From the NCBI GenBank assembly GCA_963787125.1, contig CAWBBV010000007.1, positions 128,001 through 192,000 of the forward strand: a DNA stretch of 64,000 nucleotides. The letters run 5' to 3'. The notes under the pieces were generated by a model, which worked only from the letters and a program-made list of their open reading frames with translations, ran no database searches and was not told the origin of the DNA. The DNA comes from an uncultured delta proteobacterium (GTDB lineage Bacteria > Desulfobacterota > Desulfuromonadia > Geobacterales > DSM-12255). Every line of letters begins with the position of its first letter. The first letter of the stretch is position 1. This document shows, piece after piece, positions 20,216-29,703 of the stretch. The translations under genes were made by a program, and so were the position numbers.

Positions 20216-20887
20216 ATGGTGTTAGGTAAACTAAAGAAAATACTCCCACATAGTCTAAGAGATTATCTAATAAGACGTTCGCTTAAATCAAAGTATATCA
20301 ATCTGCATCTGGGTGAAAATTGTACGATAGTCAATACTGAATTTGGTAAAAATGTCAATATCGCTTCGAATGTTACCCTGATAAATTCAAAGATTGGAGA
20401 TTATACATACATTGGCCCAGGTTCGGTGATATGTAATGTTGAAATTGGTAAATTTTGTTCAATTGCACCCCAAGTATATATCGGTCTAGGTTCTCATCCG
20501 ACCAATTTTATCTCGACTCATCCAGTGTTTTACTTGCGGCGACCTGAATTAAATTGGATGATTTCTGATAAAGACTATTTCAACGAATTTGCAAAAACAA
20601 AGATCGGAAATGATGTCTGGATAGGTTTGCGGGGGGCAGTCAAGGATGGCGTTGTAGTTCTAGATGGGGCAATGATAGCTGCTGGAGCAGTTGTTGTGAA
20701 AGATGTGCCGCCATATGCTATTTGTGGTGGTGTGCCAGCTAAAGTTATCCGATCAAGATTCAATCAGGAAGATGTTAATTATTTACTTGAATTTAACTGG
20801 TGGAATAAAAGTGAAGAATGGCTTCAGGCGAACTACAAAAAATTTCACAATTTCAATGACTTTAGGCAGCTAAACACTGATATGTAG
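20216..20887 (+). CDS. CatB/Vat-related hexapeptide-repeat O-acetyltransferase
   Basis: IGDYTYIG, IGKFCSIA, HPTNFISTHP, IGNDVWIG, AGAVVVKDVPPYAICGGVPAKVIRSRF, WWN. Confidence 0.88.
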   Translation: MVLGKLKKILPHSLRDYLIRRSLKSKYINLHLGENCTIVNTEFGKNVNIASNVTLINSKIGDYTYIGPGSVICNVEIGKFCSIAPQVYIGLGSHPTNFISTHPVFYLRRPELNWMISDKDYFNEFAKTKIGNDVWIGLRGAVKDGVVVLDGAMIAAGAVVVKDVPPYAICGGVPAKVIRSRFNQEDVNYLLEFNWWNKSEEWLQANYKKFHNFNDFRQLNTDM

Positions 20888-20936
20888 CTTATAAATTAAT
20901 TTCATCCTGCTTTGCCGATGAAATGAGGGGGTCTGT

Positions 20937-22340
20937 TTGCTGCTCGGTAAAAAACTAACCTTTCGAGCTGTTGCCGAAGTTTTTGGACTTGCGTTTAGCG
21001 CAGTCAGCATGCTTTATATCACTCGTGTCGTTGGCCCGGAGTATGTTGGTTTTAGTGCGACGACAAGTGCAATTTTGTTGTTGGTAGCAAAATTAGCTGA
21101 TAGTGGTTTATCCTCTTTTGCTTCACAGAAACTTGCCCGTGATGACGAAGTCCTCAGTTCACTTCTTGCCATCATTATCCCCCCCAAACTTATACTGTCG
21201 ACGATACTTATTGTTTTAACACTGATTGGTGCACGCCTGCTTGATGTTGATCCTCGATTAAAATACTTTGTTTCCATCTCGGTTTTCGTAGTTTTTTTCG
21301 ATGCGTGTACACCATCATGGGTATTTACTTCCCTCGGAAGGGTAAATATTTCATCAATCATACGAATCGGTCAGAGTATATTGTATGCTGCGTCAATTTT
21401 TATTTTCATACATACACAAGCAGACTGGAAATTATTGCCATACTTGACACTATTCAACTCGTGTATAAATTTTAGCCTTGCGACATTTTTCTTAGTAAAA
21501 CATCGCTTGTGCTACATTGATAAATCAATTTTCTTAGATAATTATACGTCTAAATTAAAATCATATTATAAGGAGAGCTATCATTTTTTGAAAGCTGAAT
21601 TGTCTGGCTATGTTTTTATGTCATCAGATAGGCTAATATTATATTATTTTACGAATTCGCATGTAGTCGGAATATATGAAGCCGCTTATAAAGTAATTAA
21701 TCCGTTTTATGCTATAAATGGAGTTATTACCCCGACTATGTTTAGGGATCTTGCTCAGAGTTACAAGCAGGGAAAGCTATATCCAGTAATGGCTAAATAC
21801 GTTTTTATTATGTCGATATTGACTATTCCTCTTGGATTTTTCATGCTGTATTTTTCAGGTTTTACCGTGCAGTTGCTTTTTGGCAGCAAATTTGCGGAAA
21901 CTATACCATGTCTCATGATATTGGGCTTTGTAATAACATTTGGTTTCACAAGCGGGATAATAGCCCAACCTTTTTGTGTGTGGAATATGCAAAAGGAGTT
22001 TGGTAATTCTGTTTTTTTTGGGAATGTTATAAACACAGTACTAAATTTTACCTTGATCCCGTTCATGGGGGCAATAGGCGCAGCATTAGCAACTCTAGCA
22101 GCAAAACTAATTGTTACAGTAGTCGGGTATTTTTACTTCAAAAAAGTAACTGATTATCCGATAGTAAAAGACTTCGTATATTTCTTTATAGCTTCGATAA
22201 TTCCTCTACTCTTTGTGTATGGTGTCTCGTTGATAAATAAAAACAATATTGTATTGATTATAACTTACGGAACCACATATGTTTTGCTATTGATAATTAT
22301 GTACATGAAATATTTTAAGATTAACTTGAAGCCTGCATAA
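20937..22340 (+). CDS. Wzx-like oligosaccharide flippase (MOP superfamily)
   Basis: About 12-14 TM segments; YITRVVGPEYVG, SDRLIL, VGIYEAAYK, LLFGSKF, LNFTLIPFMGAIGAALAT. Confidence 0.85.
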   Translation: MLLGKKLTFRAVAEVFGLAFSAVSMLYITRVVGPEYVGFSATTSAILLLVAKLADSGLSSFASQKLARDDEVLSSLLAIIIPPKLILSTILIVLTLIGARLLDVDPRLKYFVSISVFVVFFDACTPSWVFTSLGRVNISSIIRIGQSILYAASIFIFIHTQADWKLLPYLTLFNSCINFSLATFFLVKHRLCYIDKSIFLDNYTSKLKSYYKESYHFLKAELSGYVFMSSDRLILYYFTNSHVVGIYEAAYKVINPFYAINGVITPTMFRDLAQSYKQGKLYPVMAKYVFIMSILTIPLGFFMLYFSGFTVQLLFGSKFAETIPCLMILGFVITFGFTSGIIAQPFCVWNMQKEFGNSVFFGNVINTVLNFTLIPFMGAIGAALATLAAKLIVTVVGYFYFKKVTDYPIVKDFVYFFIASIIPLLFVYGVSLINKNNIVLIITYGTTYVLLLIIMYMKYFKINLKPA

Positions 22341-22371
22341 TGCGTGAACATTACCCGCACATAATGAATAC

Positions 22372-23280
22372 ATGTTTAAAGTAAGCATCTGCATTCCGAC
22401 CTATAACCATGGCCATTTTATAGCCGATGCCATTACGTCTGTGCTTGACCAATCATTTACGGACTTTGAACTGCTGGTAGTTGACAACTGCTCCACTGAC
22501 AATACCCGGGAAATCGTCGCTGGTTATGCAGACAATCGTATCCGTTATTTCTGCAATGAAACCAATGTCGGCCCCCGTGAGAACCTGAACCGCTGCCTTC
22601 AGCATGCCACCGGTGAATATGTAAAAATTCTCTGTGCTGATGATTTGCTCGAACCGGCATGCCTTGAGCAGATGGTGCAAATCCTGGGCTCTAATCCGCA
22701 GGTCAGCCTTGTTGCCAGCGGCAGGATTCTGGTTGACGTAGAGCTTAACGTTATCAAGACGGAAGCGTATTCTGGAAAATATAAAATATGGTCAGGTTCT
22801 GATGCCATCACTCGCTGTCTTTTCTACGGTAATTACATCGGGGAGCCTGCCGCCGTACTGTTTCGCCGTAAAGATGCGCGGCGCGGTTTCAATACTGCCT
22901 ACGCGCAGCTGATAGATCTGGAGATGTGGTGTCATCTGCTTGAACAGGGAGATCTTGCGACAATTCCAGCTGGTCTTTGCAGGCTGCGTCAGCATGATGC
23001 GCAGCAGTCAAAAAGCAATCGACAGGCATTCTCCTTTCTTCAGGATGAAAACAAAATTTATGAAGAGTTTGCGGTTAAACCGTACGTCCATAGACTATTC
23101 GTTCATGAATTATACCGGCGCATTCGCATTGCCTATTATATCTGGCGTGATCGTGCCGTCTGTACTGACCGCAGGGAACTGCACGTCATGATCAGCCGGC
23201 AGATCAATCCGTACCTGTTTTATCTGCTCTGCCCGCCGGCTTTTATGCTGAACAAACTGCACAAGCTCCTGCGGTATTGA
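22372..23280 (+). CDS. GT2 glycosyltransferase
   Basis: VSICIPTYN, VVDNCSTD, NLNRCL, LCADDLL, NYIGEP. Confidence 0.88.
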   Translation: MFKVSICIPTYNHGHFIADAITSVLDQSFTDFELLVVDNCSTDNTREIVAGYADNRIRYFCNETNVGPRENLNRCLQHATGEYVKILCADDLLEPACLEQMVQILGSNPQVSLVASGRILVDVELNVIKTEAYSGKYKIWSGSDAITRCLFYGNYIGEPAAVLFRRKDARRGFNTAYAQLIDLEMWCHLLEQGDLATIPAGLCRLRQHDAQQSKSNRQAFSFLQDENKIYEEFAVKPYVHRLFVHELYRRIRIAYYIWRDRAVCTDRRELHVMISRQINPYLFYLLCPPAFMLNKLHKLLRY

Positions 23281-23281
23281 G

Positions 23282-24214
23282 GTGAATAAGTTGCCTATGG
23301 CTTCGAAACTCCACTGCTGCGCAGTTATAGTGACTTACCACCCGCCGGCGGATCTTGCTGAAGCTGTGCGGCGTCTTGCCGAACAGGTCGATAGCGTGGT
23401 GGTGGTTGACAACGGTTCCGGCCAGGAATACGCTCCGCTTCTTGAAACAATCAGGCAGATGGCGCACTGCACGCTGATACAAAAAGGTTGCAACCTGGGA
23501 ATTGGCGCCGGCTTCAATGCCGGTATCAGGCATGCCATGAAAGCCGGCTCTGACTGGATTGCCACCTTTGATCAGGACAGCAGGGTTCCGGAAGGCTATT
23601 TTGTTGCGCTGCTTCAGTCCCTGCAGGCATATCCCGATGCAGCCAAGGTTGCTCTTGTCGCGCCGCGACTGACGGACCCGGTCACCGGCCTGGCCGGTTC
23701 CCATGGCAGCGGTGCTGCCGGGACGCCTTACGAGGAGGTGCCGGTCACCATCTCTTCCGGCTGTCTGCTGCGGCGCGAGGTTTTTGAGCAGATCGGGCTG
23801 TTTGACGAAGCCCTGTTTATGGATTATGTGGATCATGAGTATTGTCTTCGTCTGCGGGCTGCGGGTTTTCATCTGCTTGAATCGACCCTTGCTCTGTTGG
23901 AGCACCGGATCGGCGCCACGAGTCGCCATTCTGTTTTGGGCATTCCGGTCAAGGTGACTAATCATTCGCCGCTGCGTCGCTATTACATGACCCGGAATCG
24001 TCTGGTGCTGTATCGGCGCTACGCTTGTCGGTTTGCAGCGTGGGCTCTCAACGACTGCTGGTGCATGGTGAAGGAGTTGGTCGGAGTTATCCTGTTTGAA
24101 CAGCAGAAAAGAGAGAAGTTCGCCATGATGTTTTTAGGGGTAACCCATGCGCTGTCGGGCCGACTCGGGCCGCTGTTCGCCGATACTCCTGCCAGAGTAA
24201 GCAGGCAGCCATGA
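23282..24214 (+). CDS. GT2 rhamnosyltransferase-like
   Basis: AVIVTYHP, VVDNGS, NLGIGAGFNAGI, TFDQDS, ISSG, FDEALFMDYVDHEYCLR, NHSPLRRYYMTRN. Confidence 0.85.
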   Translation: MNKLPMASKLHCCAVIVTYHPPADLAEAVRRLAEQVDSVVVVDNGSGQEYAPLLETIRQMAHCTLIQKGCNLGIGAGFNAGIRHAMKAGSDWIATFDQDSRVPEGYFVALLQSLQAYPDAAKVALVAPRLTDPVTGLAGSHGSGAAGTPYEEVPVTISSGCLLRREVFEQIGLFDEALFMDYVDHEYCLRLRAAGFHLLESTLALLEHRIGATSRHSVLGIPVKVTNHSPLRRYYMTRNRLVLYRRYACRFAAWALNDCWCMVKELVGVILFEQQKREKFAMMFLGVTHALSGRLGPLFADTPARVSRQP

Positions 24215-25143
24215 CCCCACTGGTAAGTATCTGTATCCCTACGTTTAATCATGCCCATTTTTTACAGGTCGCGATCCGTTCAGCACTGAATCAGACCGAG
24301 CGGGATCTGGAAGTTCTGGTTGTTGACAACTGTTCAACTGATGACACTGCCGCGGTGGTTAGTGAATTTTGCCGCGCTGATGCACGGGTCAAATATGTGC
24401 GCAATGCATCTAATCTTGGTCTGGCAGGCAATCTCAACCGCTGTCTGGAGTTAGCCAGCGGTGTTTATGTCAAATATCTGCTTGCCGATGATCTGCTTGA
24501 GCAGGATTGTGTCAGCGCAATGCTTAAGGGGATCGAGTCAGTGCCGGGCATTGTGCTGGTAGCATCCCGGCGACAGCTTGTGGATATGGATTTGAAGCCG
24601 GTCCGGGTTGCGGGACTGCGGGAGCTGGCCGGCGTCCTTGAAGGCAAGCGGATGATTAGCCATACCCTGTTCAATGGCAACTATATCGGTGAACCCACGG
24701 CGACTTTTTTCCGCAGAGAGGATGCGCTGCGGGGGTTTTCTCCCGATTTCAAGCGTCTGGTTGATGTGGAGCTGTGGTTTCACCTGCTTGAAAATGGCAA
24801 ACTTCTTTATCTGCAGGAGCCTCTGGTCAAGATTCGCCAGCATGACAATCAGGAGACCCATGGCATTATCCGCAACCTTGATTTTATTGATGAGGAAATT
24901 AATCTTTACCGGTGCTATGTGGCTAAGCTATACATTCGGGCTACCTTGTTACAACAGCTGAAGTGGCGCTTTAAAACAGCCTGGATTTATCCTTTTGCTC
25001 AGGCAGGTGAGGCCGATTGTAGCGCTGTTATCCGCAAAATTTGGAAACTTTTAGGGATTGACCTGTTGATGCCGATTCTGGTCGCAAGAATTCTCCTGAG
25101 TCGTCTGGTATATTTCACCTTCAGAAAGTCGCTGAACGCGTAG
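24211..25143 (+). CDS. GT2 glycosyltransferase (paralogue of 22372..23280)
   Basis: VSICIPTFN, VVDNCSTD, NLNRCL, LLADDLL, NYIGEPT. Confidence 0.88.
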   Translation: MTPLVSICIPTFNHAHFLQVAIRSALNQTERDLEVLVVDNCSTDDTAAVVSEFCRADARVKYVRNASNLGLAGNLNRCLELASGVYVKYLLADDLLEQDCVSAMLKGIESVPGIVLVASRRQLVDMDLKPVRVAGLRELAGVLEGKRMISHTLFNGNYIGEPTATFFRREDALRGFSPDFKRLVDVELWFHLLENGKLLYLQEPLVKIRQHDNQETHGIIRNLDFIDEEINLYRCYVAKLYIRATLLQQLKWRFKTAWIYPFAQAGEADCSAVIRKIWKLLGIDLLMPILVARILLSRLVYFTFRKSLNA

Positions 25144-25174
25144 TAGAAAATTGAATTAAAAGAGAGACCTCCAA

Positions 25175-27592
25175 ATGTCGGAAAAAAACAAAAACTATCT
25201 GATGCTGCTGCTAATGCTGGCAATTTTTGTGGTGATGAATGCCGATATCCTCTTCACCAGCAAGATCGTGCGTGCTCCGGATATAATCAATGAATTCTAC
25301 TGGGGTGTCAGGGAATGGCGCACCCGGTCATTTGCCGAACTCTGTAGTTTCAATCTTTCTGACGGCTTGTGGAACATGTTCGTCAACAGTGGTTTTACTA
25401 CCGAGGGTGGGGAGCAGCCGTACCAGTTTCTGATTCATCACCGCTTGATTTTTCGATTCATCCCTCTGCCGACAAGCGTTGCCTGGTTCATGGTGTTGCA
25501 CCTGTTCTTCGGCGGCTTCGGCACCTATCTGTATTGCCGGGTTATCGGTGTCAGCCGCTGGGGCGCACTGTTGGGCGGACTGGTGTTTGGGCTGACCACC
25601 ACTCACATCTCTCTGATCAACGCCGGCCATGCCCAGAAGATTGCAACGATTTCCTTTGCACCATTGGCGTTCTATCTTTATGAAGCCGGAATGCAGAAAA
25701 AACGGCTGATCTGGTTTCTTGCCGCCGCGGTTACCCTGGCTTTCCAGTTTTTCAACTACCACTGGCAAATTGCCTTTTATACCTGTCTCAGTATCGGCGT
25801 GTACGGCCTGCTTCGCCTTGCAGCTGAAGTTTGGGCAGGTCGCGGCGGCGTGGAACAGAAAAAAAGTTTTGGCCGACTGTTTGGTTTTAATCTTGTGTTG
25901 CTGGTGTTTTTTCTGACAACAGTTTCCATATCGCTTCTGCCGCTTGCCAACTGGTCCAAGGGGACCAATCGCGGTGCGCAAAGCGGAGAAAACCAGGGTA
26001 AGGGTGGCCTGAACCGGGAAGAAGCCATGTCCTGGTCAATGCCGCCTGAAGAGCTGGCTACCTTTGTCATCCCCGGGCTCTTTGGCTTTTCACGTCAGGA
26101 AGGGGGGGAAAATCCGACCAACATCCCGGCGTATTATTGGGGCCGGATGCGCTTTACCCAGACGAATGACTACCTGGGATTGCTCCCCTGGCTGCTGCTG
26201 CCGCTGCCACTCCTGTTCCGTCGCGACCGCTATACATGGTTGGCCGTGGGAGGGGTTGCTTTAAGTCTGTTTTTTGCGATGGGCAAATATACGCTGTTCT
26301 ACAACCTGCTCTATGACTATTTCCCCGGCATCAACAAATTCCGGGTTCCCAAAATGATCCTGTTCATTACTGCCATGTCGGTCGGCGTATTGGCCGCCCG
26401 GGGAATGGACATCCTGGCGGATCCGGCGGTGCGGGCAAGCCGGCTGTTTCGTCATTATCTGGCGATACTTGTGGCCCTGCCGATAACATTGATACTGTTC
26501 CTGTTAGTGCTGAAGGTGGGAGAATCGTTCTGGATCGAACGGCTGATGCCGCTGCTTGCCGAGCCGACCAGGTATGAAGCAGGCTCACAGCTTGTTACCG
26601 GTCGCTGGGGAAATATGCTCCATGAAACCGGGATTGCGGTACTGGTTGCAACTCTGTACGCCATAGTTGTTATTGTCTGGTGCAAATCGAAAAAATCTGT
26701 TGGGCTGTTGTATGGGGCATTACTGCTGATTTTTCTCATTGATGTTGGCCGGGTAAACGCCAAGTTTCTCTTCACTGTTGAGATGCCTAACAAATCACGG
26801 GGAGTGGATACCGCGGCGATCAAGTTCCTCAAGCAGGATTCGAAGGAGTACCGGGTCATGCCGATGAATGGCGACCCGCAGCAGTACTCTTCCGCAGGCA
26901 TCCCTACATTTTTCTACTCCATGGCTGTGCAGCAGACCCGCTGGCAGGATATCCTGGACAACCTCTCTTTTACGAGCGCCGTTCCTGACATGTTGAACCT
27001 GAAATATCTGATTTTTGACACTGCCCAGTATGCTGCGGAGCAGGCTCAGTTCGGGGCTAAATTTTCACCGGTATTTTATTCGCCGGACGGCAAGGAAGTG
27101 GTGGTAAAAAACAACGCAGTTCTACCCAAAGTATGGCTGGTGCCATCTGCGGTAGTGCTTGCTGACAGGCAACAGCGGCTGGGGGTATTGTTGCACCCGA
27201 ATTTTGACCCACGGGCTGTTGCTCTGATCGAAACTCCCCCTGAGTTGCCACTCGCCCCGCCCGGCACCCAGTCGGTTCCCGGAGTCGCCAAGATTAGCAG
27301 CTATACGGCCGGGAAAGTGGTCGCAGTTGCGCAAGCGTCCCAGAATGTCATCCTGGTTTTGGGCGACAAATATTACCAAGGCTGGCGAGCTTTCGTGGAT
27401 GGCAAAGAGGCCGTCATCCATCCGGTCAACCATGTGTTGCGTGGTGTCTATCTGCCGCCCGGTAAACACGACATCGAGTTTCGCTTCGATCCTGTGCCCT
27501 ACCGTATCGGCAAATGGCTTTCACTGGCGTCCATCGGCTTTTTCGTCCTTATGCTCGCTCGCGAATGGCGTTCCCGTAAGAATGCAGGCTGA
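25175..27592 (+). CDS. YfhO-family GT-C membrane glycosyltransferase
   Basis: Multi-TM N-terminus (LWN..V.SG, HLFFGG.GTY, GH..KI, NKFRVP); C-terminal LVLGDKYYQGWRAFVDG..VLRGVYLPPGKHDIEFRFDP plus a final TM helix. Confidence 0.85.
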   Translation: MSEKNKNYLMLLLMLAIFVVMNADILFTSKIVRAPDIINEFYWGVREWRTRSFAELCSFNLSDGLWNMFVNSGFTTEGGEQPYQFLIHHRLIFRFIPLPTSVAWFMVLHLFFGGFGTYLYCRVIGVSRWGALLGGLVFGLTTTHISLINAGHAQKIATISFAPLAFYLYEAGMQKKRLIWFLAAAVTLAFQFFNYHWQIAFYTCLSIGVYGLLRLAAEVWAGRGGVEQKKSFGRLFGFNLVLLVFFLTTVSISLLPLANWSKGTNRGAQSGENQGKGGLNREEAMSWSMPPEELATFVIPGLFGFSRQEGGENPTNIPAYYWGRMRFTQTNDYLGLLPWLLLPLPLLFRRDRYTWLAVGGVALSLFFAMGKYTLFYNLLYDYFPGINKFRVPKMILFITAMSVGVLAARGMDILADPAVRASRLFRHYLAILVALPITLILFLLVLKVGESFWIERLMPLLAEPTRYEAGSQLVTGRWGNMLHETGIAVLVATLYAIVVIVWCKSKKSVGLLYGALLLIFLIDVGRVNAKFLFTVEMPNKSRGVDTAAIKFLKQDSKEYRVMPMNGDPQQYSSAGIPTFFYSMAVQQTRWQDILDNLSFTSAVPDMLNLKYLIFDTAQYAAEQAQFGAKFSPVFYSPDGKEVVVKNNAVLPKVWLVPSAVVLADRQQRLGVLLHPNFDPRAVALIETPPELPLAPPGTQSVPGVAKISSYTAGKVVAVAQASQNVILVLGDKYYQGWRAFVDGKEAVIHPVNHVLRGVYLPPGKHDIEFRFDPVPYRIGKWLSLASIGFFVLMLAREWRSRKNAG

Positions 27593-27619
27593 ATATATGT
27601 TGATGCTAAGGAGCAACCT

Positions 27620-28738
27620 TTGCGCATAGCCATAGATGCCTCTACCATATCTACGCAGGGTGGACCCAGGACATACGTGCTTGGTCTGCTTGACGCCCTG
27701 TTTCGTATTGACCGGGAAAATGAGTACGTGGTGTTTTACAATGATCCGTGCCATTTGGGGCGCTTCCCTCTGGCCAGGGAGTTGGTGCTGCCTGGCAAAA
27801 GTCCTCTGGCGCGGCTATGGCGGGAGCACATCCTCCTGCCGATGGCCTGCCGGCGGGAGCGGATCGATCTGCTGCATTGCCCCAAAAGCGCCATCCCTTT
27901 TTACTCACCCTGCCCCACGGTTGTCACCCTCCATGATCTGATCCCGCTGCGTCATCCAGAGACAGAGAAGCTGGCGGCTCGAATCTACTGGCGGCTGCAG
28001 ATCCCGATTGCCGCGCGGAGGAGCAGTTATATCATCACGGATTCCGAACATGCGCGGCAGGAGATCATGGCGGATTATCAGGTTGCACCACAACGGATCA
28101 AGGCCATAATGCTGGGTTTTGATCCGCGGATGACTGTGAAACCCGATCCTGCAGATACTGCCGCGGTAATGAATAAATACGGGCTTATTGAGGGGTACAT
28201 ACTTTATGTCGGCACCATCCAGCCCCGCAAAAATATTGATACCTTGATAGAGGCCTACGCCAGGCTTCGTCTGGTGCGGGATGATATGCCAAAGCTGGTA
28301 ATAGTCGGTCGTAAAGGGTGGCTTTATGATCAGCTCTTTGCCCGGATTAAAGAACTTGACCTTGTGGACGAGATCATTTTTACCGGATTTGTCCCAGATG
28401 AAGAGCTGCCCCAACTCTATGGCGGCGCAACTCTGTTTGCCTATCTCTCTTTTTTCGAGGGGTTCGGTTTGCCGCCGCTGGAGGCGATGGCTTGCGGTCT
28501 GCCGGTGATTACCTCAGACACCACATCTCTGCCTGAAGTTGTCGGGGATGCCGGCATTACAGTCCCTCCTGCTGATATCGCCGCTGTGGCGACTGCCATT
28601 GCACGGATAATGGACGACGGAGAGTTTGCCCGAACGCTTGGGAATCGTGGCCTTGAACGGGCAAAACTCTTTTCCTGGGATGCCGCGGCGCGCCAGACCC
28701 TGGCAATTTACTGTCAGCTGGCGAAAAGTAATCCATAG
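27620..28738 (+). CDS. GT4 glycosyltransferase (MtfB/WbaZ-like)
   Basis: MRIAIDA, VVTLHDLIP, YVGTIQPRKN, FEGFGLPPLEAMACGLPVI.S..SLPEVVGDAG, FSWD. Confidence 0.9.
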   Translation: MRIAIDASTISTQGGPRTYVLGLLDALFRIDRENEYVVFYNDPCHLGRFPLARELVLPGKSPLARLWREHILLPMACRRERIDLLHCPKSAIPFYSPCPTVVTLHDLIPLRHPETEKLAARIYWRLQIPIAARRSSYIITDSEHARQEIMADYQVAPQRIKAIMLGFDPRMTVKPDPADTAAVMNKYGLIEGYILYVGTIQPRKNIDTLIEAYARLRLVRDDMPKLVIVGRKGWLYDQLFARIKELDLVDEIIFTGFVPDEELPQLYGGATLFAYLSFFEGFGLPPLEAMACGLPVITSDTTSLPEVVGDAGITVPPADIAAVATAIARIMDDGEFARTLGNRGLERAKLFSWDAAARQTLAIYCQLAKSNP

Positions 28739-28761
28739 CGGCGAACGGCTGGTTGTAATTG

Positions 28762-29586
28762 CTATTTCCCCAATTCCTTTGATCTGAGAGTGGCTGACTC
28801 AACCGCATTCATGATGGTAGCCCGGAAAGAGCCTTTTTCAAGGGCATGCAGTCCTGCAATGGTTGTTCCCCCGGGGGATGTTACCTTGTCGCGCAGGCTG
28901 CCGGGATGTTCGCCGGTTTCGGCAAGGAGTTTAGCTGTCCCGAGCACCGTCTGTATAGCCAGATTAAGCGCGGTTTCTCGCGGCAGACCGTTCTTGACTC
29001 CGCCATCTGCAAGAGCCTCGATGAAGGTCAGTACATAAGCCGGCCCGCTCCCGGAGAGACCTGTTACCGCATCAATAAGTTTTTCCTCAACCCGGCAACA
29101 ACTCCCCACCAGAGAAAATATTGCTTCGGTCTCGGCCATATCTGCTTCTGTTGCAGTTTTGCCGGCGGCAATAGCCGCAGCCCCGCACAGGACAAGCGCC
29201 GGAGTGTTCGGCATGACTCTTATGACCCGCGGAGATTGACTGAACAGGCTTTCCAGCGCGCTGCATGATACCCCTGCCATAATGGACACAAGTAGATGAT
29301 TTTCATTGATATGATTCTGGAGCAGACTGCAGACTGCCGCCGCTTGTTGCGGTTTAACCGCAAGAATTACGGTTTTGCAGGAGAGCGCCAGTTCACTGTT
29401 ATCAGCGGTTGTTTTGACGCCGTACCTTTCAGCCAGCTGCTGCCGCCTGGCGGCAACCGGTTCGGAGACTACTATGGTTCCCGCCCCGGTACCCCCTGAA
29501 ATCATCCCCTTGATAATCGCTTCAGCCATGTTGCCGCCACCTATGAAGCCGATCATTCCGCCATTTTCTGCACATAACTTTGCCAT
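28762..29586 (-). CDS. proC: pyrroline-5-carboxylate reductase
   Basis: IGFIGGGNMAEAI, LAVKPQ, RVMPNTP, DAVTGLSGSGPAYV, VTSPGGTTIAGL. Confidence 0.96.
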   Translation of the reverse strand: MAKLCAENGGMIGFIGGGNMAEAIIKGMISGGTGAGTIVVSEPVAARRQQLAERYGVKTTADNSELALSCKTVILAVKPQQAAAVCSLLQNHINENHLLVSIMAGVSCSALESLFSQSPRVIRVMPNTPALVLCGAAAIAAGKTATEADMAETEAIFSLVGSCCRVEEKLIDAVTGLSGSGPAYVLTFIEALADGGVKNGLPRETALNLAIQTVLGTAKLLAETGEHPGSLRDKVTSPGGTTIAGLHALEKGSFRATIMNAVESATLRSKELGK

Positions 29587-29703
29587 TTCGAATTCTCCAA
29601 TCTATCAGTACGGGACGAAAAACGTTGACATCTCCGGCTATTTATACTTAATTTCACAATTCTTTCCAGAATATTTTTCAAGTTGCACGAGAGGAGTCTC
29701 ATG

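Noticed and set aside
20216..20887. Chloramphenicol or streptogramin resistance gene
   Set aside because: CatB/Vat-like fold, but embedded in a glycan operon next to the flippase; sugar O-acetylation is more likely.
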